Under the pieces are notes generated by a model, which saw nothing but the letters and a program-made list of their open reading frames with translations, was not told the DNA's origin and did no database searches. A stretch of 64,000 nt of DNA, from contig OY760074.1 of the NCBI GenBank assembly GCA_963663035.1, positions 160,001 through 224,000 of the forward strand. The letters run 5' to 3'. This DNA comes from Acidobacteriota bacterium. Lineage in GTDB: Bacteria; Acidobacteriota; UBA6911; RPQK01; JADFOI01. The position numbers were made by a program, and so were the translations under genes. Position 1 is the stretch's first letter. Each line of letters begins with the position of its first letter. Of this stretch, positions 28,954-37,950 are shown one piece after another.

Positions 28954-31107
28954 TCAAAAGTCAAAGACATAGGTGAGCTTGGCGATGAGTGCCCTTTCCC
29001 TGACCTCGCCGTCGGTGGCGCGGCTCTCGTTGTAGACCAGGAAGAGATCGCTCAGGGGCTTGTGTATGAAATTGAAGCGAATGTTGCTGGTAATCTCCTT
29101 CACGGTGCTGTTGTACTGGATCAGCGCGTTCAAGAACATGCGGGGGCTAAAGGAGTAGTTGATGCGGCTGGTGACCAGATCGGTGGAGAAATTGCCCGAG
29201 GGCAGATCCACGTCGTTGTGTCTCCAGGAAAGGTTGGTTGTGAACTGGTGGGTAGGCCGGAAGATCAGGCCGGCGGTGTAGGTGTCCTGGTCGCCGTCAA
29301 AGAACTCCCCGATTCTCAGGTTGATGCTGCCACTGAACATGCGGCTCCTGTCGCTGGAAAGATTGGCCGCAATCTCGTCAAACACGTAGTCACCCACCGC
29401 GACGTCCTGAGTGGAGAGGATGGAAAAGGGCTCGTCCAGTCGTTCAAACCGAACCCGGTGTGTGAGCCCGAATAAGGATCCGTTCTGAAAGTCAATGGAG
29501 AGTGTCTGATCGAAGTTTTTGGTCTCTACCCGGTTGTCCTGATTCGTGATGTACTCGATTCCGGTGGAGGGCCTGACCTCCCGAATCCAGGGGATTCGCT
29601 CTTCCGGTCGGAACTTGATGGTAAAGGCCCCGCGGCTTTTTCTGATGCCCCGGCGGGGTACGAACCCCACTTCTGGATTGAAATTTTCTTCAATAGAGAG
29701 ATAGTCCCCCTGAATGTTATAGCGCTGGTCCTCCCATCCCACGAAAATATTGCCTGCTTTGTCCTTCCCCGCTAGTCCCGAAGTATCGGTCTTTAGAAAG
29801 AAGGAAGCGATTTCCAGGTATCGCATGAAGCGTAGATGGGTGTCCACGCCGTAGGTTCGGTTGTGTTCGCTGCCGGCCTGTTTGTAGATGAAGATGCCAC
29901 CCACATCGGAGCTGTTGAAGATGTCTCTGCGAACCCGGGCCACCGAAAAATTGGTGGAAAGGGTCTCTTCAAATTCATCGGTCTGAATGGAGAGTAAGCC
30001 TATTCGATATTGACCGACCCTGCCTGTGAGGCGAGTTCCTCCCAGGATCGGTACCGCCTGGCCCCCGGAGAGGCCGATGCGGCGACTGAAAAAAGCAATC
30101 AGGTCGCGGTTCCCGGACCCGGGCCCCCGGCCCGTCCTTTTCACCTGAAACAGGGCCGCATTTTCCAGAAAAAACTCCCGCTTCTCTGGAAAAAACAGCG
30201 AGAATCGGGTCAGGTTGATCTGCTGCTGATCCGCCTCCACTTGGGAGAAGTCCGTGTTCACCGTGGCATCCAGGGCCAGGCCCGTCGTCACTCCGTATTT
30301 CAAATCCAGCCCCACATCGGGAGTGAAATCCACGTCATCCCCCTCCCTACGGACAACAGGAGAGGAAATGTAGGGTTTCACGTAGAGACTCTTGCCCTGG
30401 CGAATTCCGGAGAGCCCGTTCAGTTCCCCGGCCATCGAGACCCGGTAGGTTGCATAGGGCCTGGGTATGGCTGACCAGTGGGTGGACTCGTTTTTGCGGC
30501 GGATTCTGCGGCCAAAATTCAACCCCCACACCTGTTGCTCCTGGTCGCGGAAACGAAAGGTGCGGAAGGGGATGGCTATTTCCGCCTGCCACCCCAGCTC
30601 GGTGATTTGGGTTTTCACATACCAGATACCATCCCAGTCATAGTTTCTCGTCTCACCGTCTCCGGTAATCTGGCCATCCCGCATGGCTCCCCCCGGGTTG
30701 GTAGAGAGTGAGAAGCCATTGCGATTGTCATCAAAGGTGTCAAAGACCATGGTGAAGTGATCAGTGTCGCGGGGAGGATAATCTCTGGCCAGAGTGCTCA
30801 GGGTGACCCCTTCCCGGCCTAAAGAGTCAAAACAGTACACTCCTAGATACAGGTTCTCGTCATCGTAAAGGATCCGTACCTCGGTCCTCTCGGTACTGGG
30901 CTCACCGGTTCTGGGCTCGTTCTGAATAAAATCGGCGGCGGGCTCTGCCAGGCTCCAGGCCGCCTCGTCCAAATTTCCGTCGATGACAATGGGGGATTCA
31001 ACATGAAGGGCCGTGACCTTCCGATCTGTGTTCTGGGCCATGGAAGCCTGGGTCCAGCAGCACAGAGCCAGGGCAGTTCCCACCAGCCGGTAGACTCTCC
31101 CTGGCAA
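28954..31107 (-). CDS. CBM9-like + DUF5916 exported/outer-membrane protein, upstream paralog
   Basis: Same motifs and highly similar DNA. Probable TTG start at 31107, alternative ATG at 31149. Confidence 0.85.
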   Translation of the reverse strand: MPGRVYRLVGTALALCCWTQASMAQNTDRKVTALHVESPIVIDGNLDEAAWSLAEPAADFIQNEPRTGEPSTERTEVRILYDDENLYLGVYCFDSLGREGVTLSTLARDYPPRDTDHFTMVFDTFDDNRNGFSLSTNPGGAMRDGQITGDGETRNYDWDGIWYVKTQITELGWQAEIAIPFRTFRFRDQEQQVWGLNFGRRIRRKNESTHWSAIPRPYATYRVSMAGELNGLSGIRQGKSLYVKPYISSPVVRREGDDVDFTPDVGLDLKYGVTTGLALDATVNTDFSQVEADQQQINLTRFSLFFPEKREFFLENAALFQVKRTGRGPGSGNRDLIAFFSRRIGLSGGQAVPILGGTRLTGRVGQYRIGLLSIQTDEFEETLSTNFSVARVRRDIFNSSDVGGIFIYKQAGSEHNRTYGVDTHLRFMRYLEIASFFLKTDTSGLAGKDKAGNIFVGWEDQRYNIQGDYLSIEENFNPEVGFVPRRGIRKSRGAFTIKFRPEERIPWIREVRPSTGIEYITNQDNRVETKNFDQTLSIDFQNGSLFGLTHRVRFERLDEPFSILSTQDVAVGDYVFDEIAANLSSDRSRMFSGSINLRIGEFFDGDQDTYTAGLIFRPTHQFTTNLSWRHNDVDLPSGNFSTDLVTSRINYSFSPRMFLNALIQYNSTVKEITSNIRFNFIHKPLSDLFLVYNESRATDGEVRERALIAKLTYVFDF

Positions 31108-31125
31108 GAGGTTCCCTTGCGACTT

Positions 31126-31158
31126 CACTGCGGTAGAAAAGTTTTGCATAATCCCGGC
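31126..31158. repeat. Remnant end of a type A MITE-like element
   Basis: CACTGCGGTAGAAAAGTTTTGCATAATCCCGGC matches the terminus of the copies at 33773 and 49530. Confidence 0.7.
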
Positions 31159-31206
31159 CAAAGCGCCCAATTGTAGCGCAGGGAAGCTGACAAAGTGTAG
31201 GCCGCT

Positions 31207-31782
31207 CTATGAGCGGCCCCTACATTCGCGATATCGAAAGCAACTGACCAGATGGTCATTCACCATGCCCACGGCTTGCATGTGAGCATACATAATAGTG
31301 CTGCCCACAAACTTGAAACCTCTCTTCTTCAGATCCTTGCTGAGAGCCTCGGACTCCGGTGAAGTCGCCGGTATGTCGGCCATGGTCTTCCGTCGATTCT
31401 GGATGGGCTTGCCTTTCACAAAGCTCCAGATGTAGGTATCGAAGCTGCCGAACTCTCTCTGCAGGTCCAGAAAAGCCCGCGCGTTATTGACTGCGGAAAC
31501 GATCTTGAGGCGATTCCGAATGATTTCTGGATTGCCAATCAGGGTTTCGATCTTCTCTTCACTGAAGCGAGCGACTTTCTCCGGGTCGAAGCTGGCAAAG
31601 GCCTTGCGGTACCCCTCCCTCTTTTTGAGCACCGTCAACCAACTCAGTCCAGCCTGGGCACCCTCCAGAATGAGAAACTCAAACTGTTTGAAGTCATCGT
31701 GGAGAGGGACTCCCCACTCGGTATCGTGGTACTCCCGATACAGGTCACCTCCGGTTTCTGCCCAGGCACATCGCTGTTGAAT
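31207..31782 (-). CDS. tag: DNA-3-methyladenine glycosylase I, probable ATT start
   Basis: The frame upstream of the tracked ORF encodes RCAW...YHDTEWG...LEGAQAGLSW. Downstream motifs IIRNRLKI, GFKFVG and NDHLVSC. No ATG/GTG/TTG lies in frame before RCAW; the candidate start is AAGGAG-N8-ATT. Confidence 0.9.
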   Translation of the reverse strand: MQQRCAWAETGGDLYREYHDTEWGVPLHDDFKQFEFLILEGAQAGLSWLTVLKKREGYRKAFASFDPEKVARFSEEKIETLIGNPEIIRNRLKIVSAVNNARAFLDLQREFGSFDTYIWSFVKGKPIQNRRKTMADIPATSPESEALSKDLKKRGFKFVGSTIMYAHMQAVGMVNDHLVSCFRYRECRGRS

Positions 31783-31887
31783 TGTAGATTCTCCTTTTCT
31801 CGTGCAATCGTATCTTAAAAGATTTTCGTCCCCTACTCCTGTCCCCTTGAAATCGCTTGGTCCGCTCGGCTATCCTCAGAGCTGATT

Positions 31888-32283
31888 ATGAAAGATATCC
31901 TGCAGCTACTGGATGAGCCCGGTACCACCATTGCCATCGTAGGTGCTACCGAGGATCCTTCCAAGTATGGATACGTGATCTATAAGGATCTGAAGCTGAA
32001 AGGATTGACTGTTTATCCAGTAAACTCGAACAGGTCCAGTGTAGACGGCGATAAGGCATTCAAGCGACTCGAGGACATTCCACAACGGCCCACCATCGTC
32101 AATATCGTCGTACCTCCGGAAGTCACCTCTGACATCCTGCAACAGTGTCTCGACCTGGAGTTGACGAACGTCTGGCTCCAGCCAGGTGCTGAAAGCCCAG
32201 CGGTCATGACCTTCTTACAGGAGAACAACTTCAATTATTTGGCCAACGCCTGCATCATGGTGGCAAGCCGTCTGAAGGCCTGA
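31888..32283 (+). CDS. CoA-binding protein (YccU-like)
   Basis: Motifs IAIVGA...PSKYG, YPVN, VWLQPGA and NACIMV. Confidence 0.88.
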   Translation: MKDILQLLDEPGTTIAIVGATEDPSKYGYVIYKDLKLKGLTVYPVNSNRSSVDGDKAFKRLEDIPQRPTIVNIVVPPEVTSDILQQCLDLELTNVWLQPGAESPAVMTFLQENNFNYLANACIMVASRLKA

Positions 32284-32305
32284 GAACTCCAACCAACAGG
32301 TAGGA

Positions 32306-32746
32306 CTATGGATTAGGTTGGATCAAACCTTCGGCCGGTCGATCCACCGTCTCAACGACTTCCTGGCCTTCGTTCTTCCAATCCCGAATGCCGCAAAACT
32401 GGCCCGCTGTGTAACCGGCCTGGATAAATTTCTCAGCAGCACGCGACGCGCGCCCTCCAGCCTGTCAGTAGAAAACCAGCTGGACATCCTTGGGGATGTC
32501 CTTCATGCGCCCGTCCAGCTCGTCCATCGGGATGTGGATAGCGCCCGGAATCGCACCATCCCTTTCCAGCTCATAGTCCTCGCGGACATCGATCAAGAGG
32601 AGTTTCTCGCCACTGTCAAGCTTCTGCTTCAGCTCTGAAATGGCGATGCGTTCCGTCTCCCCTTCCTGGGCCAATACGGCAGGTGCCGCCCAGGTCAGAA
32701 CTAGGCAAAACGTCGCCACTGCAATGATCACCACTCTTCTGGTCAT
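32306..32746 (-). CDS. Exported rhodanese-domain protein with in-frame UGA (probable selenocysteine) at the catalytic site
   Basis: Reads IDVRE..E...GAIPGAIHIP...LVFY-UGA-QAGGRASRAA...G...GIRDW to TAG at 32306. SECIS-like hairpin at 32438..32454. AGGAGG RBS and a signal peptide. Confidence 0.85.
32438..32454 (-). promoter_or_regulatory. Candidate bacterial SECIS hairpin
   Basis: GGCGCGC-GUC-GCGUGCU begins at nt 11 after the UGA; the apical-loop G is at nt 18. Confidence 0.55.
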
Positions 32747-32887
32747 CTGTACCTCCTACGTGACTCATCTTAAATGTTGAAGGCGCGGATTTCAATTGCC
32801 TTCTCACCTCCTGAAGGTCTACTATCTGAGGCAAGACAGCGTTCTTCAAAAGGTGGGCCAGGGTCTGCAACCTAAGGAGTCACGGAA

Positions 32888-33775
32888 ATGGAACGAAAAA
32901 AAGCGACCGACTTCGATCAGAAACTTCTCAACCTCTTTGACCGTTACGTTCACGGCCTGATCAACCGCCGTGAGTTCCTGGATGGCGCATCAAAGTTCGC
33001 CGTGGGCGGGCTAACGGCTGCGGGAATCTTGGAAGCGCTCAACCCCAAGTATGTTGAGGCGCAGCAGGTACCTGAAGAGGATCCGCGACTCAACATCGAG
33101 GAAATCGATTACCCTTCGCCGCAGGGCACCGGGACGGTGCGGGGTTACCTGGCTCGACCAGCTGGCTCCCGCGGCAACTTGCCCGGGGTTCTGGTCATCC
33201 ACGAGAACCGGGGCCTCAATCTCCATATCAAGGACGTGGCACGACGCACTGGGCTGGCCGGTTTCCTGGCCTTGGCGCCAGACGCCCTCACCCCTCTGGG
33301 TGGCTATCCGGGCAATGACGATGACGGTCGGGCGCTCCAGAGTCAGCTCGATCGAGGAAAGATGACGGAAGATTTTGTGGCCGCTGCAGTTCACCTGAAA
33401 GCGCATTCCGAATGCAGCGGGCGTGTCGGCGTGGTGGGGTTCTGTTTCGGTGGGGGCATGGCCAACACCCTGGCGGTGCGGATCCCCGATCTTGCTGCCG
33501 CGGTTCCTTTCTATGGTGGGCAGCCTGCTGATGAAGATGTCCCCAAGATCAAGGCGCCTCTTCTGCTGCACTATGCGGGCCTGGACACGCGCGTCAACGC
33601 CGGGTGGCCGGATTACGAGGCAGCGCTAAAAGCGAGCGGCGCAGACTACACCGCCCATATCTATGATGGTGCCAATCACGGCTTCCATAACGATACAACG
33701 CCCCGTTATGACCAGGCCGCAGCCACCCTGGCCTGGGACCGTACCATAGATTTCTTCAACAAGAATTTGCGCTAG
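32888..33775 (+). CDS. Dienelactone hydrolase family (YghX-like)
   Basis: Motifs [21 protein letters not shown] and [12 protein letters not shown]. Confidence 0.92.
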   Translation: MERKKATDFDQKLLNLFDRYVHGLINRREFLDGASKFAVGGLTAAGILEALNPKYVEAQQVPEEDPRLNIEEIDYPSPQGTGTVRGYLARPAGSRGNLPGVLVIHENRGLNLHIKDVARRTGLAGFLALAPDALTPLGGYPGNDDDGRALQSQLDRGKMTEDFVAAAVHLKAHSECSGRVGVVGFCFGGGMANTLAVRIPDLAAAVPFYGGQPADEDVPKIKAPLLLHYAGLDTRVNAGWPDYEAALKASGADYTAHIYDGANHGFHNDTTPRYDQAAATLAWDRTIDFFNKNLR

Positions 33776-33923
33776 CCGGGCTTATCCATAGGTTTTCGTG
33801 ACGAAGTGCCGCTGGCGCCACGATGGCAAGGCGTGCGAGGGGTACCCGCTTGCGGGTCGCACAACGCAGTCAGCGTGGATGATTGCGGCACTGCAGTAGA
33901 AAATTTATGGATAAGCCCGGCTA
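33773..33923. mobile_element. MITE-like element, type A, single-module form, between convergent stop codons
   Basis: Ends TAGCCGGGCTTATCCATA / TATGGATAAGCCCGGCTA. Both ends form the TAG stops of the flanking genes. Confidence 0.85.
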
Positions 33924-35186
33924 AAAGAAACGGGGCAGCCAGCGCTTCCAATCTTTCTCCAGGCGCTCGGCTGGGTTTGAGAATTCTTTCTTGAGGGCTT
34001 CTTCGAAGGAAACTCCTTGCGCCGTCAGCTTGAGCAACGCGGGCATATGCCGGAAGCCATAGCGCTGTGCCAGATAGGCTACCACCGAGTGAGACTGATC
34101 ATAACCCATGGTCACCTGACGAGTTGAGCGACCGCGGAAGAGAGTCTCGATCTGGTTCCATGGCACCACCTGATCATCGGCCAGGGCTTGCTTGAGTGGA
34201 CTCGTCTGCTTGCTGGTTTTGGCGTATTTAGTCGCTTGGTACTCGGCCAGTCCTTCGTTGAACCAGTGCGGAATTCGGCCTTGAGAGAGGTCGTGGACAA
34301 TGGCGTGAGTGTATTCGTGAACAATCGTCCTCTTCACGGAGCGAAGGTCTTGCTGACTTTCTGGCATGGGAATTCGGATTTTCCCGTCGTAGAGCCCCGA
34401 GGCCCATTCTGGCGCACTCTCTCGAATTTTTCGAAAGGCCTCTTTGCTGTAGAGCAGAACCACAATCTTATGTTGGGGGCGGTATTGGAAGTCGCGCCCC
34501 ACGTCCTGCCGTGCCTCTCGCAAGACTCTACGGATATCAAATCCTGCCGACTGTTTGACTGAATCGTCATAACGCAGGGTGAAATAGACGTCCCCCACAC
34601 TCTTCATGTCCGATTCCACCTGGGATTCCCGGCCGACTCGGTCCAGGCGACTGGCTAGACCGGTTAGGTTGGGATCCAGCCTTTTGGCCTTTTCCCAGTT
34701 CAGTTTGGCCATAGGCAGGCGCTGGTTGTCATACTCGATGTCACCCAGCAAGAGATGGGCTGAAGCCAGCTTCGTGTTCTGACGCAAGGCCTTCTCCAGG
34801 AGAGTCTTGGCTTCCTGGTGACGGTAACTTTGGTAAGAACGTTCACGGGTGGGTTCCTGGTAAAGTTGATAAGCATAGTTGAGATAGACCATGCTGATAT
34901 TTTCCTTGAAACGGGCATTCTGGCGATCCAGTTGGAGCGCTTCCTCCATTTGGCTGGTGGCTTCTTTCCATTTCTTCTGCTGGCCCAGGTCCATGGCGTA
35001 ATTGTTGTAAGCAACCGCCAACTGAGTGCGAAGATTCTTGTCTCGCGGTTTGGAACGGAGCTGCTGCTGTAGCCCTTTGATAGCGGCAGGCCAGTTCTGC
35101 TGCGCCACAAGGCTGGGAAGGCCCAGCATCAGAAGCCCCAGCAGAAGGAAGCTGAGCGGGTGGAATCGTGTAGCTGGTCTATTCAT
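33921..35186 (-). CDS. Exported TPR + peptidase MA-like (gluzincin) protein
   Basis: Signal peptide, TPR-like helices and HEYTH...WFNEGLAE. Confidence 0.85.
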   Translation of the reverse strand: MNRPATRFHPLSFLLLGLLMLGLPSLVAQQNWPAAIKGLQQQLRSKPRDKNLRTQLAVAYNNYAMDLGQQKKWKEATSQMEEALQLDRQNARFKENISMVYLNYAYQLYQEPTRERSYQSYRHQEAKTLLEKALRQNTKLASAHLLLGDIEYDNQRLPMAKLNWEKAKRLDPNLTGLASRLDRVGRESQVESDMKSVGDVYFTLRYDDSVKQSAGFDIRRVLREARQDVGRDFQYRPQHKIVVLLYSKEAFRKIRESAPEWASGLYDGKIRIPMPESQQDLRSVKRTIVHEYTHAIVHDLSQGRIPHWFNEGLAEYQATKYAKTSKQTSPLKQALADDQVVPWNQIETLFRGRSTRQVTMGYDQSHSVVAYLAQRYGFRHMPALLKLTAQGVSFEEALKKEFSNPAERLEKDWKRWLPRFF

Positions 35187-35230
35187 CGGCTCTCCGCAGG
35201 GAGTTGATCATCGTACAGTATCATAGTGCA

Positions 35231-35247
35231 GGCAAATGCTATGCCAA
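35231..35247 (-). promoter_or_regulatory. Sigma54 (-24/-12) promoter of the TPR-peptidase gene
   Basis: Minus strand reads TTGGCATAGCATTTGCC (GG-N10-GC). IHF-like site at 35296..35308 and palindrome at 35356..35371 upstream. Confidence 0.65.
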
Positions 35248-35558
35248 TGCCAGAGCCTTTGCAAATCGATGGTGGCTGTCCTGGGTAACCTATTCTAAAT
35301 AATTGAGTTATAGGAGAAACACTGGGCAGATTGCTCCCCCGCTGAGTCCTTCAGAGTCAACTCGAGTTGACACCTGAGAAGGAGAAGTTCTTTTGCCTCT
35401 GTGGGTGAGCCTAGGCGTCAGAAGCGAATGTTAGATTTCCATTCCAGAAGGTACTCTCGTGAAGACGTGCCCATCCTGTAGGGTCAAGCTCAGGTCGTGA
35501 ACAGGATTGCCTTCACCCTCCCAGAGGGTTATCATTTGGAGCGGGCAGAGCGGAAACT

Positions 35559-36293
35559 ATGGGCATAGCCTTCGTAACTCTGTGGGTCACAGGTGGCATC
35601 GTCTACACGGCATGGCGCTTTATTCGACGCGAACCGGCACCCAAAAAGGGTCCCATTTTCGTCATCGCGTCCTACCTTGCATGCCTATTGATCTGGGGCG
35701 TGCTGACCTCCTTGATAGCGGTTGAGGGCGGATATGTCGCCACCACAGGAATTCTAACCATGAATCTGGGTACACTCGTACCCCTTGTCCTCACTGGATG
35801 CTTCCTTCTGATCCCTTCCGCCCGGCGAGTGTTCGAGCGCTGGATCGCCAGCATCTCAGTGAGGGAATTCCTATGGATCCATCTCATCAGACTGGCTGCC
35901 ATTGGAACGATCATCAAGATGCTGAGAGGAACCTTGCCAGCACATTTCATCATTCCGGTGGGGGTTCCCGATTTCATCGTGGCTCTCTCCGTACCCGTTA
36001 TAGTTTGGTTAGCCTTTCGAAAGAGAGTGATCGGAAGAAAGGCTCTGATTGCCTGGAATGTTATTGGCTTCGGCCTCTTTCTCCCGGCTTTGGTCCTACT
36101 CCACTTAAGCGTTCCCAGCCCCTTCCGAACTTTCTTTGACCCACCCAACACCTATGAGGTGTTTCGATTTCCAATGGCTCTGGTTCCCAGTCTCCTGGCC
36201 CCGCTCTTTATCATCATTCACAATGCGGCCATCGTGAAGTTACTGAGACCGGGACTTTCTGAGGACTCCCGCCAAGCTCCAGGTGCAGCCTAA
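35559..36293 (+). CDS. Hypothetical multi-pass membrane protein
   Basis: About seven TM segments. Motifs H..R..G, G..D, WN.IG and FPMALVP...PL...H. Confidence 0.75.
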   Translation: MGIAFVTLWVTGGIVYTAWRFIRREPAPKKGPIFVIASYLACLLIWGVLTSLIAVEGGYVATTGILTMNLGTLVPLVLTGCFLLIPSARRVFERWIASISVREFLWIHLIRLAAIGTIIKMLRGTLPAHFIIPVGVPDFIVALSVPVIVWLAFRKRVIGRKALIAWNVIGFGLFLPALVLLHLSVPSPFRTFFDPPNTYEVFRFPMALVPSLLAPLFIIIHNAAIVKLLRPGLSEDSRQAPGAA

Positions 36294-36321
36294 GCTGTCC
36301 ACATCTTCCTGTCAGGTCTTT

Positions 36322-36813
36322 CTATTCGGCTGGCAGAGAATACAGCAAGGGTGACATGTGATCGTGGACTTCCTTCCACTGGTCTCCCTGCTTAATCCAC
36401 ACCGCTGTGACCCGTCGAGTGCCTGGTCGACTTGTGCCGTCAGGCATAGAGATGTTTCCCTGAAGGTAGCCTGTCACCACGGCCGCATCGCCGTAAACCT
36501 GCACATCGAGATGGCGAAGCACACTCGCCACATTCACGAAAATGGGCTCTCCGTCACCGGAACCAGATCTCCCGCCGCGGGATCGCTTTTCCGCCTCGGG
36601 AGAATCGAATCTTTGCAGGAGTCCGGAACCGGGTCCAAAAGCTGTGTGTCCCACCATGTGCTGGTCCACGAAGGCGTCGATCTCCCCAGTCCTGGAACGG
36701 GTAATATGCTTGATGTATTCGGCCCTAACGTCTTCTACGTCACCAGCCCAGGCCACCCCTGTCAGGAGCACCCCAACGAAAAATATTGTCACTCTGGAAA
36801 TCGGTCGTCTCAT
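36322..36813 (-). CDS. Exported NTF2/SnoaL-like (DUF4440) protein
   Basis: Signal peptide. Motifs VQVYGDAAVVTG and R.TAVW.K..DQWK..HDH.S. AGGAGG RBS. Confidence 0.8.
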   Translation of the reverse strand: MRRPISRVTIFFVGVLLTGVAWAGDVEDVRAEYIKHITRSRTGEIDAFVDQHMVGHTAFGPGSGLLQRFDSPEAEKRSRGGRSGSGDGEPIFVNVASVLRHLDVQVYGDAAVVTGYLQGNISMPDGTSRPGTRRVTAVWIKQGDQWKEVHDHMSPLLYSLPAE

Positions 36814-36977
36814 TCTGTACCTCCTGTAAAGTGTTTATGACTTTGGGCGGATTGTATCCTGAAAAGAAGGGGGCAGACTACTCGTTTCTCAGAAGGCAGG
36901 AGGTAGGAGTCAGGATACAGAATGATTTGAGCAACACGTCCATTCGGCTTACAATTCCCCATACTCTTTCAGTCGGA

Positions 36978-37838
36978 TTGAGGAGGTCTGTCAAAGCGAG
37001 CCAATTCATGATCGTCATACTACTTGCACTGCTCAGTTCCATTCCTGCCTCTGCCCAGGGTGTTCCCTCAGAGTGGGTGGAAGCGGCACGGGCAGGAGAC
37101 ACGGAGAAGGTGGAGGCCCTCCTGGAGGCAGGAGTCAATGTGAATGCGACGGACAGCAATGGGTACACTGCCCTGGTGTATGCGGCTTACATGGGGCGCA
37201 CCGAAACGGTGCACGCCCTCCTGGATGCAGGTGCAGATGTGAATCTGAAGGACGTCTTCGGAAGAACTGCCCTGATCACTGCCGCTTCCCTGGGCCGTAC
37301 CGAAACCGTACGAGACTTCCTGGCTGCGGGAGCCGATGTGAATGCCAGGGATAACCGGGGGTGGACCGCTCTGGCCACGGTCGCCCTTATGGGTTTTAGA
37401 GAAACCCTGCAAGTTCTACTGGATGCAGGAGCCGATGTGAATATCCGCGACTACGAGGGGTGGACCCCCTTGGCCCACACCGCCTTCCTGGATGATCGGG
37501 AAGTTGTGCAGGCCATCTTGGATGGTGGAGCAGATGTGAATCTGAAGGACAACGAGGGGTGGACCCCTCTGGCGAATTTCGCCTCCATGGGCCACACCGA
37601 AACCGTGAAAACCCTCTTGACTGCAGGAGCAGATCTGAGTGCGAAGGACAATCAGGGAAGAACTGCCCTGATGAGTGCGGCTTCCGAGGGGCATTGGGAG
37701 ACCGTACAAGCCCTCTTGGAGGAAGGTGCTGATGTGGATGACGTGGACAACCAGGGAAAGACTGCCATGATGCTGGCGGCACAGGAAGGCCACACCGAGA
37801 CGGTCGAAGTCCTCAAGACGGCCGGAGCCAAGGAGTGA
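36978..37838 (+). CDS. Exported ankyrin-repeat protein (about 8 repeats)
   Basis: Signal peptide, then 33-aa G.T[AP]L..AA..G..ETV..LL.AGADVN..D repeats. Start uncertain (36978 TTG or 37008 ATG). Confidence 0.9.
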   Translation: MRRSVKASQFMIVILLALLSSIPASAQGVPSEWVEAARAGDTEKVEALLEAGVNVNATDSNGYTALVYAAYMGRTETVHALLDAGADVNLKDVFGRTALITAASLGRTETVRDFLAAGADVNARDNRGWTALATVALMGFRETLQVLLDAGADVNIRDYEGWTPLAHTAFLDDREVVQAILDGGADVNLKDNEGWTPLANFASMGHTETVKTLLTAGADLSAKDNQGRTALMSAASEGHWETVQALLEEGADVDDVDNQGKTAMMLAAQEGHTETVEVLKTAGAKE

Positions 37839-37950
37839 GCAAGGGGGGGAGCGAGGGAGGATTGAAAAAGGGCCTCGTGTTCGGTATCTTCCAACTGCAT
37901 AGCATTCTGAAAGCAGATTTATTGATATTCTAATTAAGGGAGGAAAGCAG

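Noticed and set aside
27675-28976. Long antisense ORFs (e.g. 27675..28313, 28374..28976, 3478..4119, 46252..46956, 59744..60478)
   Set aside because: They are shadows of well-supported genes on the opposite strand and have no recognisable motifs.
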